A stretch of 64,000 nt of DNA from Octopus sinensis (taxonomy: Eukaryota). The notes below the pieces were generated by a model, which saw nothing but the letters and a program-made list of their open reading frames with translations, had not been told where the DNA came from and searched no databases. Positions 23,770 through 37,009 of the stretch are shown in pieces; the first letter of the stretch is position 1, and every line of letters starts with the position of its first letter. Location: the NCBI RefSeq assembly GCF_006345805.1, contig NC_043015.1, forward strand, positions 32,116,001 through 32,180,000. Reading direction: 5' to 3'. A program made the translations under genes and the position numbers.

Positions 23770-25535
23770 CCAGCGACACATAAAAGGCACCTGTGCCAAC
23801 AACATGTTACAGGCACCTGTGCCAGTGACATGTTAAAGGCATCCATGCTGATGACACGTTAAAAGGCACCCGTGCCAGTGTCATGTTAAAAGGCACCTGT
23901 GTCAGAGAATGTTAAAAGGCCCCTTTGCTGGTGACCCGTTTAAAATCACCTTATTCGGTGACACATTAAAAGGCACCCATGCCAGAGACATGTTAGAAGG
24001 TACCTGTGCCAGAGACACATTAAAGGCACCTGTGCTGATGACACATTAAAGGCACCTGTGCTGACGACACATTAAAAGCACCTGTGCTGAGGACACATTA
24101 AAAGCACCTGTGCTGATGACACATTAAATGCACCTGTGCTGATGACACATTAAATGCACCTGTGCTGAGAACACATTAAATGCACCTGTGCTGACGACAC
24201 ATTAAATGCACCTGTGCTGAGGACACATTAAATGCAGCTGTGCTGAGGACACATTGAATGCAGCTGTGCTGACGACACATTAAATGCAGCTGTGCTGAGG
24301 ACACATTGATTGCACCTGTGCTGACGACACATTAAATGCAGCTGTGCTGAGGACACATTGAATGCAGCTGTGCTGACGACACATTAAATGCAGCTGTGCT
24401 GAGGACACATTAAATGCACCTGTGCTGATGACATTAAATGCACCTGTGCTGATGACACATTAAAAGCACCTGTGCTGAGGACACATTAAATGCACCTGTG
24501 CTGATGACATTAAATGCACCTGTGCTGATGACACATTAAAAGCACCTGTGCTGAGGACACATTAAAAGCACCAGTGCTGATGACACATTAAAAGCACCAG
24601 TGCTGATGACACATTAAAAGCACCTGTGCTGAGGACACATTAAATGCACCTGTGCTGAGGACACATTAAATGCACCTGTGCTGAGGACACATTAAATACG
24701 CCTGTGCTGAGGACACATTAAATACACCTGTGCTGAGGACACATTAAATGCACCTGTGCTGAGGACACATTAAATGCACCTGTGCTGAGGACACATTAAA
24801 TGCGCCTGTGCTGATGACACATTAAAAGCACCTGTGCTGAGGACACATTAAATGCACCTGTGCTGAGGACACATTAAATGCACCTGTGCTGAGGACACAT
24901 TAAATGCACCTGTGCTGAGGACACATTAAATGCACCTGTGCTGAGGACACATTAAATGCACCTGTGCTGAGGACACATTAAAAGCACCTGTGCTGAGGAC
25001 ACATTAAATGCGCCTGTGCTGATGACACATTAAAAGCACCTGTGCTGAGGACACATTAAATGCACCTGTGCTGAGGACACATTAAATGCACCTGTGCTGA
25101 GGACACATTAAATGCACCTGTGCTGAGGACACATTAAATGCGCCTGTGCTGATGACACATTAAAAGCACCTGTGCTGAGGACACATTAAATGCACCTGTG
25201 CTGAGGACACATTAAATGCACCTGTGCTGAGGACACATTAAATGCACCTGTGCTGAGGACACATTAAATGCACCTGTGCTGAGGACACATTAAATACACC
25301 TGTGCTGAGGACACATTAAATGCACCTGTGCTGAGGACACATTAAATGCACCTGTGCTGAGGACACATTAAAAGCACCTGTGCTGAGGACACATTAAATG
25401 CACCTGTGCTGAGGACACATTAAATGCACCTGTGCTGAGGACACATTAAATACGCCTGTGCTGAGGACACATTAAATACACCTGTGCTGAGGACACATTA
25501 AATGCACCTGTGCTGAGGACACATTAAAAGCACCC
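23770..25535 (+). repeat. 26-bp minisatellite (~65-70 copies) inside a family C element
   Basis: Unit gcacctgtgctgaggacacattaaat; resumes as aaaagcacccagtacactctgtgga, the family C continuation. Confidence 0.97.
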
Positions 25536-25781
25536 AGTACACTCTGTGGATTCAGGAATTGAAACCATAATCTTACAACCATGAATTCAACACCCTAACC
25601 ACCATGCCACATGCCTCCACTAAGAAGGCCCTCAAGTTCTGTTTATGGAATTAATACAGTTTTAACATATATATATATATAAGAAGGGCCACTGTGTTAC
25701 ACATAAAATTCGAATTTCAAGGCTTGTTTTATATAAATGTATGATCTGAACAACTCCAAATTTTTTATATCAAACCCTTAC

Positions 25782-25964
25782 CTAATATACTACAGAATTC
25801 TTGCATAGATGCTTGAAGATCTTTGTCTCCCTGGTATTTGGCCATAGCAGACTGGGGGTTCTTTTGGAAGTCTGTGATGGCTTCGATGAAAGTAGGGTCT
25901 GAGAGCCGACCGATTAAATTTGGATTGCTTTGAAGACGTGTCAACAAGGCATCGGTAACCCACT
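25782..25964 (-). CDS. STI1-like domain protein, exon 4 (first STI1/DP-like domain)
   Basis: Acceptor gttttgttttccag|; (E)WVTDALLTRLQSNPNLIGRLSDPTFIEAITDFQKNPQSAMAKYQGDKDLQASMQEFCSIL; donor g|gtaagg. NP/DP helical pattern typical of STI1 domains. Confidence 0.9.
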
Positions 25965-26124
25965 CTGGAAAACAAAACGGAAAAAAGAAACTCAGTTTCA
26001 CTATGTATTTTTTTTGTCTTTTTGCAGTGACATCAACTGTAAGCGTGAGATTAAGAAACTGTCGAGAATGAATACAAAGTGCAGGAACTGAGGACCAGGT
26101 CACAGTTATTAAATCTTATATCGT

Positions 26125-26370
26125 TTATTTTTTTACTTGTTTCAGTCATTTGACTGTGGCCATGCTGGAGCACTGCCTTAAAGGGTTTAGTCGAACAAAT
26201 CAACTCCAAGGCTTATTCTTTGTAAAGCTAGTACTTATTCTATTGGTCTCTTTTGCTGAACTGCTAAGTTACAGGGACATAAACACACCAACATTGGTTG
26301 TCAAGCAACGTGGGGTGGGTGGGGGACAAACACGGACACAAAGACACACACATACAAATATATGCATATG

Positions 26371-26408
<38 letters not shown>

Positions 26409-26915
26409 AATATGCGACATCTACCAAATCCACTCACAAGGCTTTGGTTAGCCCATGGTTATAGTAGAAGACACTTTCCCAAGGTCCCATGCAGTGGGAC
26501 TGAACCCGGAACCATGAAAAAGTGAAAATAAATTTTAAAATTACAAAAGTGAACAAAGATGCAAGCATGGCTGAGTGGTAAGATGCTTGTTTTCCAATCA
26601 CATAGCTCTGGGTTCAGTCCCACTGCGTGGCACTTTGGGTAAGTGTCCTCTACTATAGCCTTGCCAGTGTATTTGGCAGATGGAAACTGAATGAATCCCA
26701 GCATGTGTATATATGTGTGTGTGTGTGAGTGTGTATGTATATAGTTATGTATGTATTTGTGTGTCTGTGTTTGTCCCCCCCCACCCACATCACTTGACAA
26801 CTGATGTTGGTGTGTTTACATCCCTGTAACCCAGCGCTTCAGCAAAAGAGACCAATAGAATAAGTACTAAGCATACAATGAATAAGTCCTGGGGTCAGTT
26901 TCTTCCACTAAAAAA
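26125..26915. mobile_element. Two head-to-head SINE family B copies
   Basis: - copy 26125-26520 and + copy 26560-26915. Confidence 0.8.
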
Positions 26916-26919
26916 CCCT

Positions 26920-27148
26920 TTAACCCTTTAGCATTTTTACCGGCCGTATCCGGCCAAAAGTATTCTGCCTGTTTTATGTTCAAACTGGCCAGATCTGGTC
27001 TCTCACACCAACCCTACAATATCGTTTTAAAAATTAACAGCTACCTCATCAAAATCTCATAGCTATAAGATAATGCATGATTAGTTCAAAACAATGTGGA
27101 TAAAAAAGGATTAATTTTGGTAGAATAATGCGAACACTAAAGCGTTAA
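26920..27148. mobile_element. piggyBac-type MITE (TTAACCCTTTAGCA family)
   Basis: TTAA at 26920 and 27145; related pieces at ~8090-8198, ~44615-44830 and ~53215-53260. Confidence 0.7.
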
Positions 27149-27260
27149 GGCAGTGTTCCAGCATGGCTGCAGTCAAAAATGACTGGGACAAATAACAATA
27201 AAAGAAAAAAATAAACCCAAATATGGTAAAAAAAAAAAACATCATTGGTGTGTGACTAAC

Positions 27261-27774
27261 CTGTGGAATTGAGAAGTGTCTGCTTCTCCCGGATATTTTC
27301 AAGTTCTTCATGCAATTCAAAACTGGAACTTCTAACATCAGTGTTCTTTGGTTTGATAAATGGCATGTCCTTGTTATAAGTTTTCTTACTGCCTATCTGG
27401 TTACAATCGATCAAGTTCTTCGTCTCGTTGCTGCGTTTGTTGTTGCAACCACCACTAGCACCACCACTGCCAGTAGCCCCGCTATTATTACTACTACTAT
27501 TACTACTGCTATTACTACTGGCAATACCACCACTGCTGCCACCGGCACCACCACCACTACCAACATTGCTGCTGCCATCCCTGGAATTGTTTGTCATGTT
27601 TTCTAAGAAACCTTTCTTCATACCACCAAAAGCTGCACGGTTGTCCTTCGACTGCAGGCCTGCATTGCTGCTGCTGTTGGAGGCAATGTAGTTGTATGTG
27701 GAATGGCTGACTCCTGAGGGCAAGCAAGAAGCTCCGGCACATGCTCCAACCATATTACTGGTAGATAGTTGCAC
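27261..27774 (-). CDS. STI1-like domain protein, exon 3
   Basis: Acceptor ctattcctccag|GTG; contains FGGMKKGFL, G/S/N-rich tract and DMPFIKPK; donor cag|gttagt (phase 1). Confidence 0.88.
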
Positions 27775-28129
27775 CTGGAGGAATAGATTACAACAATTAC
27801 TATAATAACAATAAGAACAACAAGGATTTCAAAAATTAGCACATGGCCACACATTGTAGGAGAGGGACAGAAGGGGCTTAGCTGATGTAGTTGACCCTCA
27901 GTACAGATTATCATCATCCTCATCATCAATATTTAATGCCTGTTTTCCATCCTAGAATGGGTCCAACCCATGCCAGCACAGACACAACTAAAACCAAGGT
28001 GCCATGTAAAAAGCACCCAGTATACTCTGTGGAGTGGTTAACATTAAGAAGGGCATCCAGTCGTTGAAACCAAAGCAAAACAGATTATGGAATCTGGTGT
28101 GGCTCCTGGCTTTGCCAGTTCCTGTCAAG

Positions 28130-28400
28130 TCCACCCAACCATCAAAATTCACTCATCCGTCCACAAACACTCTTCAAGCTTTCCTATCATTTATAAACTC
28201 TCTCACTCCAACACTTCTAACCACCAAAGCTTTCCTCACTCCATCCACCCATCCACACAAACAGAGGTCTGCTTCTGGTTCTGCTGCCCACCACTCCAGT
28301 CTTCATCACCTTCCTTACCATCCGCTCCTCATCCATCCTCTCCATGTGGCCAAACCACCTTACCATTCGTCTATCCAACTTGGACATCACAAAAGACAGG
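28130..28400 (-). mobile_element. RTE LINE 3' fragment
   Basis: RWFGHMERMDEERMVRKVMKTGVVGSRTRSRP. Confidence 0.8.
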
Positions 28401-28678
28401 CAGACATATTGGAAGAGCATATTAAAGGTAAGCAAAGAATAAAAACATCTTCACCTTTTCCACAGACAGAAATTATTTTGGCCTCCATGACATTTCTCGT
28501 TCATTTCTTCACAAGTCTTGTGCCATTGCACAGCTTTGGCTGAGAAAAGTTCAGCAGAGGCAGGATTGGAGAACCTATTTTCAATCGAAGACAATGAGGA
28601 GGGGCCCCTTATGGCTCTAATGAGTTTAAGAACTCAACCAGGTAATTGACAATTCCCAAGCCGTCAACAACAGAGTAT

Positions 28679-29079
28679 ACTCTTACTCTCTTTTACTTGT
28701 TTCAGTCATTTGACTGCGGCCATGCTGGAGCACCGCCTTTAGTCGAGCAAATCGACCCCGGGACTTATTCTTTGTAAGCCCACTACTTATTCTATCGGTC
28801 TCTTTTGCCGAACCGCTAAGTGACGGGGACGTAAACACACCAGCATCGGTTGTCAAGCAATGCTAGGGGGACAAACACAGACACGCAAACACACACATAT
28901 ATATATACATACATACGACAGGCTTCTTTCAGTTTCCGTCTACCAAATCCACTCACCAGGCATTGGTCGGCCCGGGGCTATAGCAGAAGACACTTGCCCA
29001 AGATGCCACGCAGTGGGACTGAACCAGGAACCATGTGGTTGGTTAGCAAGCTACTTACCACACAGCCACTCCTGCGCCT
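28679..29079 (-). mobile_element. SINE family B, full length
   Basis: High similarity to other copies. Confidence 0.9.
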
Positions 29080-29189
29080 ATATGTTCATTTCCTGATAAA
29101 TCTTTCTCGAGTCTTTCATTAAAATTATTCCCAGCAATGTTCTTTGGTGCCATGATTGGCTCTTTCGCACGACCATTGTTAACATCATA

Positions 29190-29516
29190 TTATTATATTC
29201 GTGTAAGAAAAAATTTGTATTTTCGTTTGTAGTAACACTGAAGTTCAATAAATTATAGGACGTTTAGTTATCTCCCTTAAACCAGTCATTACTTTGGGGA
29301 CAATGATTTGTCGAGCATGTTGCAAAAAAGGCCCCTGTAGCTCCCTTAGGAGGGCACGTAGAAACTTGGGACCATTTCCATTGTTTCCAGCATAAAATTT
29401 TACACAAGAATCATAGCTTTTAGTTTCTATATGGATGCTGTAGCCTTTCATGCTTTTGATGGACAGACAGGCAGACACACACACACACACACAGACGTTC
29501 GTCTTTATTATATAGA
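29190..29516 (-). mobile_element. Helitron-like 5' end
   Basis: A|TCTATATAATAAAGACGAACGTCTGTGTGTG start followed by a microsatellite; 3' end not found. Confidence 0.55.
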
Positions 29517-29582
29517 TACATTTATATATATATATATATATATATATAAATCAGTGTTTGTTAAATCAGTAATGCTATAAAT

Positions 29583-29890
29583 GTGGAGGCGCAATGGCCC
29601 AGTGGTTAGGGTAGCAGACTCGCGGTAGTAGGATCGCGGTTTTGATTCCCAGACCGGGCGTTTTGAGTGTTTATTGAGTGAAAAACACCTAAAGCTCCAC
29701 GGTGCTCCGGTAGGGAGTGGTGGCGATCCCTGCTGTACTCTTTTGCCACAACTTTCTCTCACTCTTTCTTCTGTTGGTCTGCTCACTTAGCCAGCGGGGT
29801 GGCGTCATTTGAAGGCTAAATCAATGCGAAGCGCATTGTGACCAGCGATGTGTAACAACATCTGATAGCCTGGTCGGTCAGGGTGACAGT
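29583..29890 (+). mobile_element. SINE family D
   Basis: tRNA-like A/B-box head. Confidence 0.8.
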
Positions 29891-29909
29891 GATATATATA
29901 TATATATAC

Positions 29910-30212
29910 TGTTGTAAAATGGGTTCCTCCCACTGGTGTAATGTGTGACTGCCATTGACTGTAGTTGCTGTTTTACGCTAGTAGCCACAATAGCTACTAG
30001 TCATTGGATACCGTTGTAGCTCTTCATACCGGAATAGTAATACACTAACTTCTGTCTTACCATCGCTGATAGCTCCGCAAGACACCAACTAGAAATGTCA
30101 ACTCTCAAATCTTCGACTCTCAACACCTCTCTTCACAACCGGCTAGTCGTCTATTTATAATGGCTGGCACCTACCACTTATTACCGGGAGGGCTATACAG
30201 TTTCATTATACA
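29910..30212 (-). mobile_element. 3' LTR (303 bp) of the Gypsy element
   Basis: TGT...ACA termini; polypurine tract AAAAGAGGAGA immediately 5' on the - strand; internal TATAAAT. Confidence 0.7.
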
Positions 30213-33200
30213 TCTCCTCTTTTAATTATTTTATTCACCCCTCTTTTTTTTTTATATATACTCAATATCTTTCTTTCTTGGGGTCTACTTTTAGGAATTC
30301 AGTATTCTACCTTTTCCTTGTATGTGTGGTTTACATTCTTGTAATGGTGTTGGAACCTGAAAAGTGCCATAAAGCCAATCCATCAGTATTTCTACTCTTG
30401 TTGGTTCCTTTTCTCTGACCCTTTCCTTCAGCTGATTTCTGTGTCTCCTTTCCATTCCATTTCTGCTTCTTACATCATAAATCATTCTTCCTATGTATGT
30501 TACAATTTCTCCTTCTTCCCAGTATTGCTAGACATTTTTGTACATCCTAACATATACCTTATCATCAATTCTAAAGAATTTTGGCATATCTTTACTAGTA
30601 CGTATTTTTTTCTTCACTGGTAACAGTTTATCGAATACCGACTTCACCTTTCTGGCAAACATTAATTCTGCTGATGAACTTCCCTCTGGCACATTTGTCT
30701 CTCTGAGACATTTAGAAATTCAATATTTCTAATTTTGGTAACCAGTGAATAAATTTCACTGAAAATATTATATATTTGCAAAGTGGTCGCAGCCATCTCA
30801 GCTAGCCGGGGGTGCTTGCCTCCCCTTTGCAAATATAAGGACACAGAAAAGTGTCAAAGCCGACAGGAAGCGTTGATGCTTCCTAGGGCTAAATAGTGGT
30901 GGTGTGATTCTCTTTACGGGACTGTCACATTGAGTTGACAGTATACAACCGCTATAATTTTCTTTTTGTCTCCTTAATAAATTCGTAATTTCTTGGATCT
31001 TTTTATTTCTTCCAAAGTTACTGGTAGTTCACGCATGATGTTCCACATTCTGCTCTTAGAGCTGCTATTACGGTGTCCTACAGCAGTTCGTTATTTCTTG
31101 GAATTAATCTAAACTGGTCATTGACATGCCTCAACTTTTTTGAAGGCAGATATTCCATTCTATAATCATAGTTTAATAGAATGGTACCCCACCACTGCAC
31201 TATGTGTTGGGATTCCTTTCTTGGATCTGTATTTCATTAATAGAGGTCTACGGTCCGTTTACAACCAAAAATGTCTGCCATGAATGAACCTGTGGAACTT
31301 TTACAGGCCAAATATAAAAGCCAACGCCTCTTTTTCAGTCTGGCTTTAGCTCTTTTCCACTGGCAATAATATCCTTGATGTGTGAGCTATGGCCTTTCTC
31401 CTGCCCTCGTTATCCTTGTGAAGGAGCACGGCTCCTATCTCATACCCACTCGCATCTGTAGCTAGTATTATCTCAAACTTTGGGTTGAAATGCGTAAAAT
31501 ACAAGTCTGAAGTTAACACATCTTTTAACTCGTTAAATGCTTTCTGGCATTTCTCTGTCCAAACTCATTAGGCATCTTTTTTAATAATTCATTAAGTAGT
31601 CCTTTACCTTATGTATATTTGAGATATACACTCGGTAATAATTTATCAAGCCTAGGAATGCTAGTAGCATTGTCATGTTTGTCGGGAGTGGCATAATTCG
31701 TGTTGCCACTTTTATCAATTACTTGGTCCAGGAATTTCATTTTTTTCCATCAAAAATTCCCATTTTTCTTCAGTCAGCTTTAGGCTGTTTTATTCTCTCA
31801 AATACTTTCTGTGGTCGACATGAGATAATACTAGCTACAGATGCGAGTGGGTATGGGATAGGAGCCATGCTCCTTCACAAGGATAACAATGGCAGGAGAA
31901 AGGCCATAGCTCACACATCAAGGACGTTATTGCCAGTGGAACAGAGCTATCAAAATGTCATCAAGGTATGCAATGGCGAAGTTGCAATCACTTGACATCT
32001 GTTGGAATACGGCAGGTGTCACTTTTAGTCCAAATGGCAATCGCTTGAACTTGTAGAATCCACAGTGCATGTTGATTGTTAGTAGATGTGTGCAATCTTC
32101 CTCTAACTGAATTTGAAGGTATGCCTCTGAGAAGTCCAACTTCGAGAAAATTTCCTCTCCGTTTAGTTTAGCAAATGCTCCTTCTGGGCTCGGTAGTGGG
32201 TAATTGTGTGTGAGTAAACAGTCGTTTAATCCAGCTGAGAAGTCTGTGCACACTCTTAGCTTTTTTTTTTTAAATTGACCACTGGTACTGACCAGTCTGC
32301 ATGGTCAATCATTTCAATTATATTCAGGCTTTCCAACCTTTCTAGTTCTTTATTGACCTGGTCTACCGCACCACAAATGGCACATTACGTTTGGGCCTGA
32401 AAATAAATGTTGAATTTTCTTTCACAGCAATCCTTGCTTTTGTTTTCGGGCAACGGCCTAAACCTCCCCAAAAAACTTTTGGGAAAGTTTCTTTTATTTT
32501 TTCGTCTCATCGACCTCATTTGATTGTTTGATTGTTCCATTTCCATTATTGCACAGAATGCTTATGGGTGTGCCCCGTGTATTAAATTTCTCCATACATT
32601 CAGTACCAGATGAATTCTTAGATTTTTTGTCAACACATAAACATTCACATTTTTGGTTTGACCTTTGAACATTACATTACAAACACGTTCGCCTGTTAAA
32701 TATAATTTTCTTCCTGTAACACCATATGCTAATTGGTTCGGATTACATATATTCTGATTTACCCATTTGTTCCTTTGTTGTCTAATAGCATTCTGACACA
32801 GGTGGTTTCAATTCTCACATTCACAAATTTTCTGTTTGTTGTCGACTCAACTTTTCCTACTGACAAACTATTTTTTTTACTTGTTTCTCCTATTTTCCTA
32901 TCATTCTAGTTTTGCAGTGCAATTTTATGTCCTGTAAACCTGCAGCAAAAACACATTGCTGTTTTATATGGACAATCTTTTTCCAGGAGCATTCCACCAC
33001 ATGCCATACACGGGTCTACATCCCAATATCTTTTCCGTTTTTCCTGCAACACTTTGTCTTCCGACTGTTTTGCACTGGTCTTATGTGAAAACACTCTTTC
33101 CGTTGAATTTCTTTCGTTACACTCTTCCGACAGTTTCTGCAATGTCAAATCCTGGTTCATTTCCAGTTTTGATAGAATTTTCTATTTGGATTTCTGAGTT

Positions 33201-33650
33201 CCTTTTGTCACCAGGAAGTGGGCCAAATCAAGAACCATTAAAGCAACATTTCTTACGTTTTGGAATGTTCGTCCATGTGCGTAGATTACATGTGTTATGA
33301 ATTGGTCCATTCCGCTGAGCAAGATGTGTATTGTGCTATTACACATGATGAAAAATAGGACAAAAGGAATGCAGAACCTTGTGCAAAAATCAAACGCTTG
33401 AAAGAATCTGGAGTAAGCATATCCAGCCTGAATCTCTCACATTCTTCGCTGACTTTGCCTGTATAAGTAGTGAAGATTTCATCTTTGTTCATTTCTAGGT
33501 TTAAATGTTTCCATCTAGTAGTAAACAGTGAACGCTTTTCACTAAGCATTTTGCACAAAATGTCAACTGTGTTGGTGAAATTTATGTTGGATGCTTTTTT
33601 TTGCAATATTATCGATATCTGCCTGGATTTTAAAATCCTTTCTTTCTTCC
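30213..33650 (-). mobile_element. Decayed Ty3/Gypsy internal region (gag-PR-RT-RH-partial INT)
   Basis: gag LFTTRWKHLNL...TPDSFKRLIFAQG and degenerate Cys knuckles; RT FSKLDFSEAYLQI...RLPFG...AYLDDI; RH LATDASGY; INT tail SAELMFARKVKSVFDKLLP and RHRNQLKER; integrase core and 5' LTR absent; stops and frameshifts. Confidence 0.92.
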
Positions 33651-34174
33651 TATATGTATATATATATATCATCATCATCATCATTAACGTCCGCTTTCCA
33701 TACTAGCATGGGTTGGACGATTTGACTGAGGTCTGGCGAACCAGACTCCAATCTGATCTGGCAGAGTTTCTACAGCTGGATGCCCTATATATAAATATAT
33801 ATATATATATAGTGCAAAGCAGTGGGATAGAACCTGAAACTACATGAATGTGAACCAAACTTTGTAACCACAGAGCCGTGTCTGTTAATACATCCATACA
33901 TCTGTAGCACGCTTCCAAAGTCAGCGGGTATAAATTAAAGGAAGAGGAGCATAAAACCAAGGCAGGACCAGCTTATCAGATCATTTAAAATATTTTAATT
34001 AATGTTTTAATTAATGGAGAGGAGAATCAAAGTAAGGAAAAGTTCTTACTCAGATCCACCTTTACATTAATTAAAATCTTTTTAAATGATCAGATAAGCT
34101 TGTTCTGCCTTGGTTTTCTTCTCCTCTTCTTTTAACACACACAAGAGCATGTATGTATGTATATATATATATAT

Positions 34175-34706
34175 TCATCATCATCATCATCATCATTTAA
34201 CGTCCGCTTTCCATGCTAGCATGGGTTGGACGGTTCAACTGGGGTCTGGGGAGCCCGAAAGCTGCACCAGTCCAGTCAGATCTGGCAGTGTTTCTACAGC
34301 TGGATGCCCTTCCTAACGCCAACCACTCTTTTACTTGTTTCAGTCATTTGACTGCGGCCATGCTGGAGCACCGCTTTTAGTCAAGCAAATCAACCCCAGG
34401 ACTTATTCTTTGTAAGCCCAGTACTTATTCTATCGGTCTCTTTTGCCGAACCGCTAAGTGACGGGGACGTAAACACACCAGCATCGGTTGTCAAGCAATG
34501 TTGAATGGGACACACACAAACACACACGCACATATATATATACATATATATGACGGGCTTCTTTCAGTTTCCGTCTACCAAATCCACTCACAAGGCTTTG
34601 GTTGGCCCGAGGCTATAGTAGAAGACACTTGCCCAAGGTGTCACGCAGTGGGACTGAACCCGGAACCATGTGGTTGGTAAACAAGCTACTTACCACACAG
34701 CCACTC

Positions 34707-34708
<2 letters not shown>
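34175..34708 (-). mobile_element. Family C fragment joined to a full SINE family B copy
   Basis: C 34175-34325; B 34327-34708. Confidence 0.85.
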
Positions 34709-34739
<31 letters not shown>

Positions 34740-35078
34740 CATATACACACCTTTATTATAACACATAGAAACATACCTATGTAGATAGATATAAGATAGG
34801 CAGGCAGGCAGACAGACAATTATAGAAGTGAGAATGTGTGTGTGTAAAGAGAGAAAAGAAGATGGTGTAGAGGGATAGAGGATAGCAGGGGGTGGGGAGT
34901 GGGTAGCTGATATGGCTAAAACATACTTAAGGAAAAAACCAAAAAACAAAGAAAAAAGAGACTAAGGTAAAGCTAGACAGTCCAGTGTAGTAACAAATAT
35001 CACTGTTGGCAACTGAACAAGAACAGAACATATGCACACCAACAAATACACGTGTATACGTATGTGTGTGTGTGTGTG

Positions 35079-35109
<31 letters not shown>

Positions 35110-35112
35110 TTG

Positions 35113-35143
<31 letters not shown>

Positions 35144-35444
35144 GTGTAGGTATAAATATTTCTATCTAGATATACATACACCTACCTGACAGCCAGACCA
35201 GTTAGAACTTGTCAGAACCAGTTGTATTCCAAATTCAGAATCACCCCCCACCCGATACACACTTACTTCAGAAGACACAGTAACAGCAGGGGTAGTGGTT
35301 TCAAACCCACGTTCTTACTTCTGTCAAACACAAAGTAGATTTGGTGTGAATCAGTCGCAAGACGGTCATTGGCCATGGCTATTTTTATAAAACCGGGTCC
35401 CGTGCGTGGGCGGTTGCAAGAAATATTACATGTGTATAAGGCGG

Positions 35445-36165
35445 CGGTGAGCTTGAAGAATCACAACTGTGCAGGGAAAAATGCTGAGTGGTATTTCTTC
35501 GGACTTGAAGTTTTGAGTTCAAATTCTACCAGGGTCGACTTTGCCTTTCATCCTTTCGGGGTCGATAAATTGAGTACCAGTTACGCACTGGGGTCGATGT
35601 AATCAACTTGATCCCTTTGTCTGTCCTTGTTTGTCCCCTTGTGGGTAGTAAAGAAATAGGTATTTCTTCTGACTTAATGTTTTGAGTTCAAATTCTGCCA
35701 GGGTCGACTTTGTCTTTTATCTTTTTGGGGCCGATAAAAATAAGTACCAGTTGAACACTGGGGTTAACGTAACTGACTTAAACCCCTGCCCTGAAATTGC
35801 TGGACTTGAGCCAAAATTTATAGATATTCTTTTGTTCTTTTACCTGTTTCAGCCATTTGACTGCCACCATGCTGGAGCACTGCCTTAAGGAGTTTTAGTG
35901 AAGCAAATCAACCCCAGGACTTATTCTTTGTAAGTCTAGTACTTATTTTATCGGTCTCCTTTGCTGAACCGCTAGGTTATGAGGAGATAAACACACCAAC
36001 ATCAGTTGTCAAGTTATGGTGATGAAGGGGGTACAAACATAGACACAAAGACACACACACATAAATACATACATATATATAAATACGATGGGCTTCTTTC
36101 AGTTTCCGTCTACCAAATCCACTCACAGGGCTTTGGTTGGCTTGAGGCTATAGTAGAAGACTCGT
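35445..36165. mobile_element. SINE family A copies (+) followed by family B (-)
   Basis: Core matches. Confidence 0.75.
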
Positions 36166-37009
36166 TTGTTCATTCCTTAATTTTACACCAATTTTCCTAT
36201 GCTAGCAAGGCTTGTTTGAAGACTTACTGTAGCATGCACAGTAAAATGCCCTGCTTGCTGCCAATCCTTCCCTGTTTATATTTTCAAGTAAGGAATTATT
36301 TCATCCCACTGGTTGCCTCCTATTTCCTTCACCTTCTTCCCTGCTAAAACATATTCACAGCATTTCTTCCTACCTACCTCCCTCCCTCCACCCACCTACA
36401 CACACTCTTTCCACCCCTCTTATATTCACCTGTAACTTGAGAGCTTACTCTGACACCTCTTTACCACCATATTTTCTCATTTTCCAACTGGGGTAGCCAT
36501 ATATCTCTTCTACAGCAGGACACCAGATTTTGTTTCCCTATCCTACGACACCCCAACAGTTTAGAAGTCTTGTCTTTCAAATTGCTAGGTGACCCCACTT
36601 GTGTTGGTGCCAGATAAAAATACACCCAGTACACACTGTGGGGGTCGATGTAATCAACTGGTCCCCTCCCGACAAATTTGAGGCCTTGTGCCTATAGTAG
36701 AAAGGCTTATTATTATCATTATTATAATCTAAACCAGTTTGATTTGGCCCATGTAACAAAGTTTCATACGGTTGTCACAGGAACCTAGCTAGACCCAAGC
36801 TGTTTTAAATGATTATATATATAATTCCTTCTAAATGTGTTGAGTGCCTCTTTTTTTTTAATTTTCTACTCATTCACTCATAGGTAACTCATTACTCAGT
36901 TTTATTTCAAGAATTCTTGCCAATAGAGAAAGGGCCAGTTTCTAATCTGGATCCGAGGCTGCTTCATTGAATTTCAAAACAAACAACAGGGTATTTTTGC
37001 ATGCATGCA

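Noticed and set aside
23770-25535. CRISPR-like array
   Set aside because: Repeats are contiguous with no unique spacers, there are no cas genes, and the context is a eukaryotic intron.
29583-29660. tRNA gene
   Set aside because: The tRNA-like A/B boxes continue into a SINE body present three times; no complete cloverleaf.
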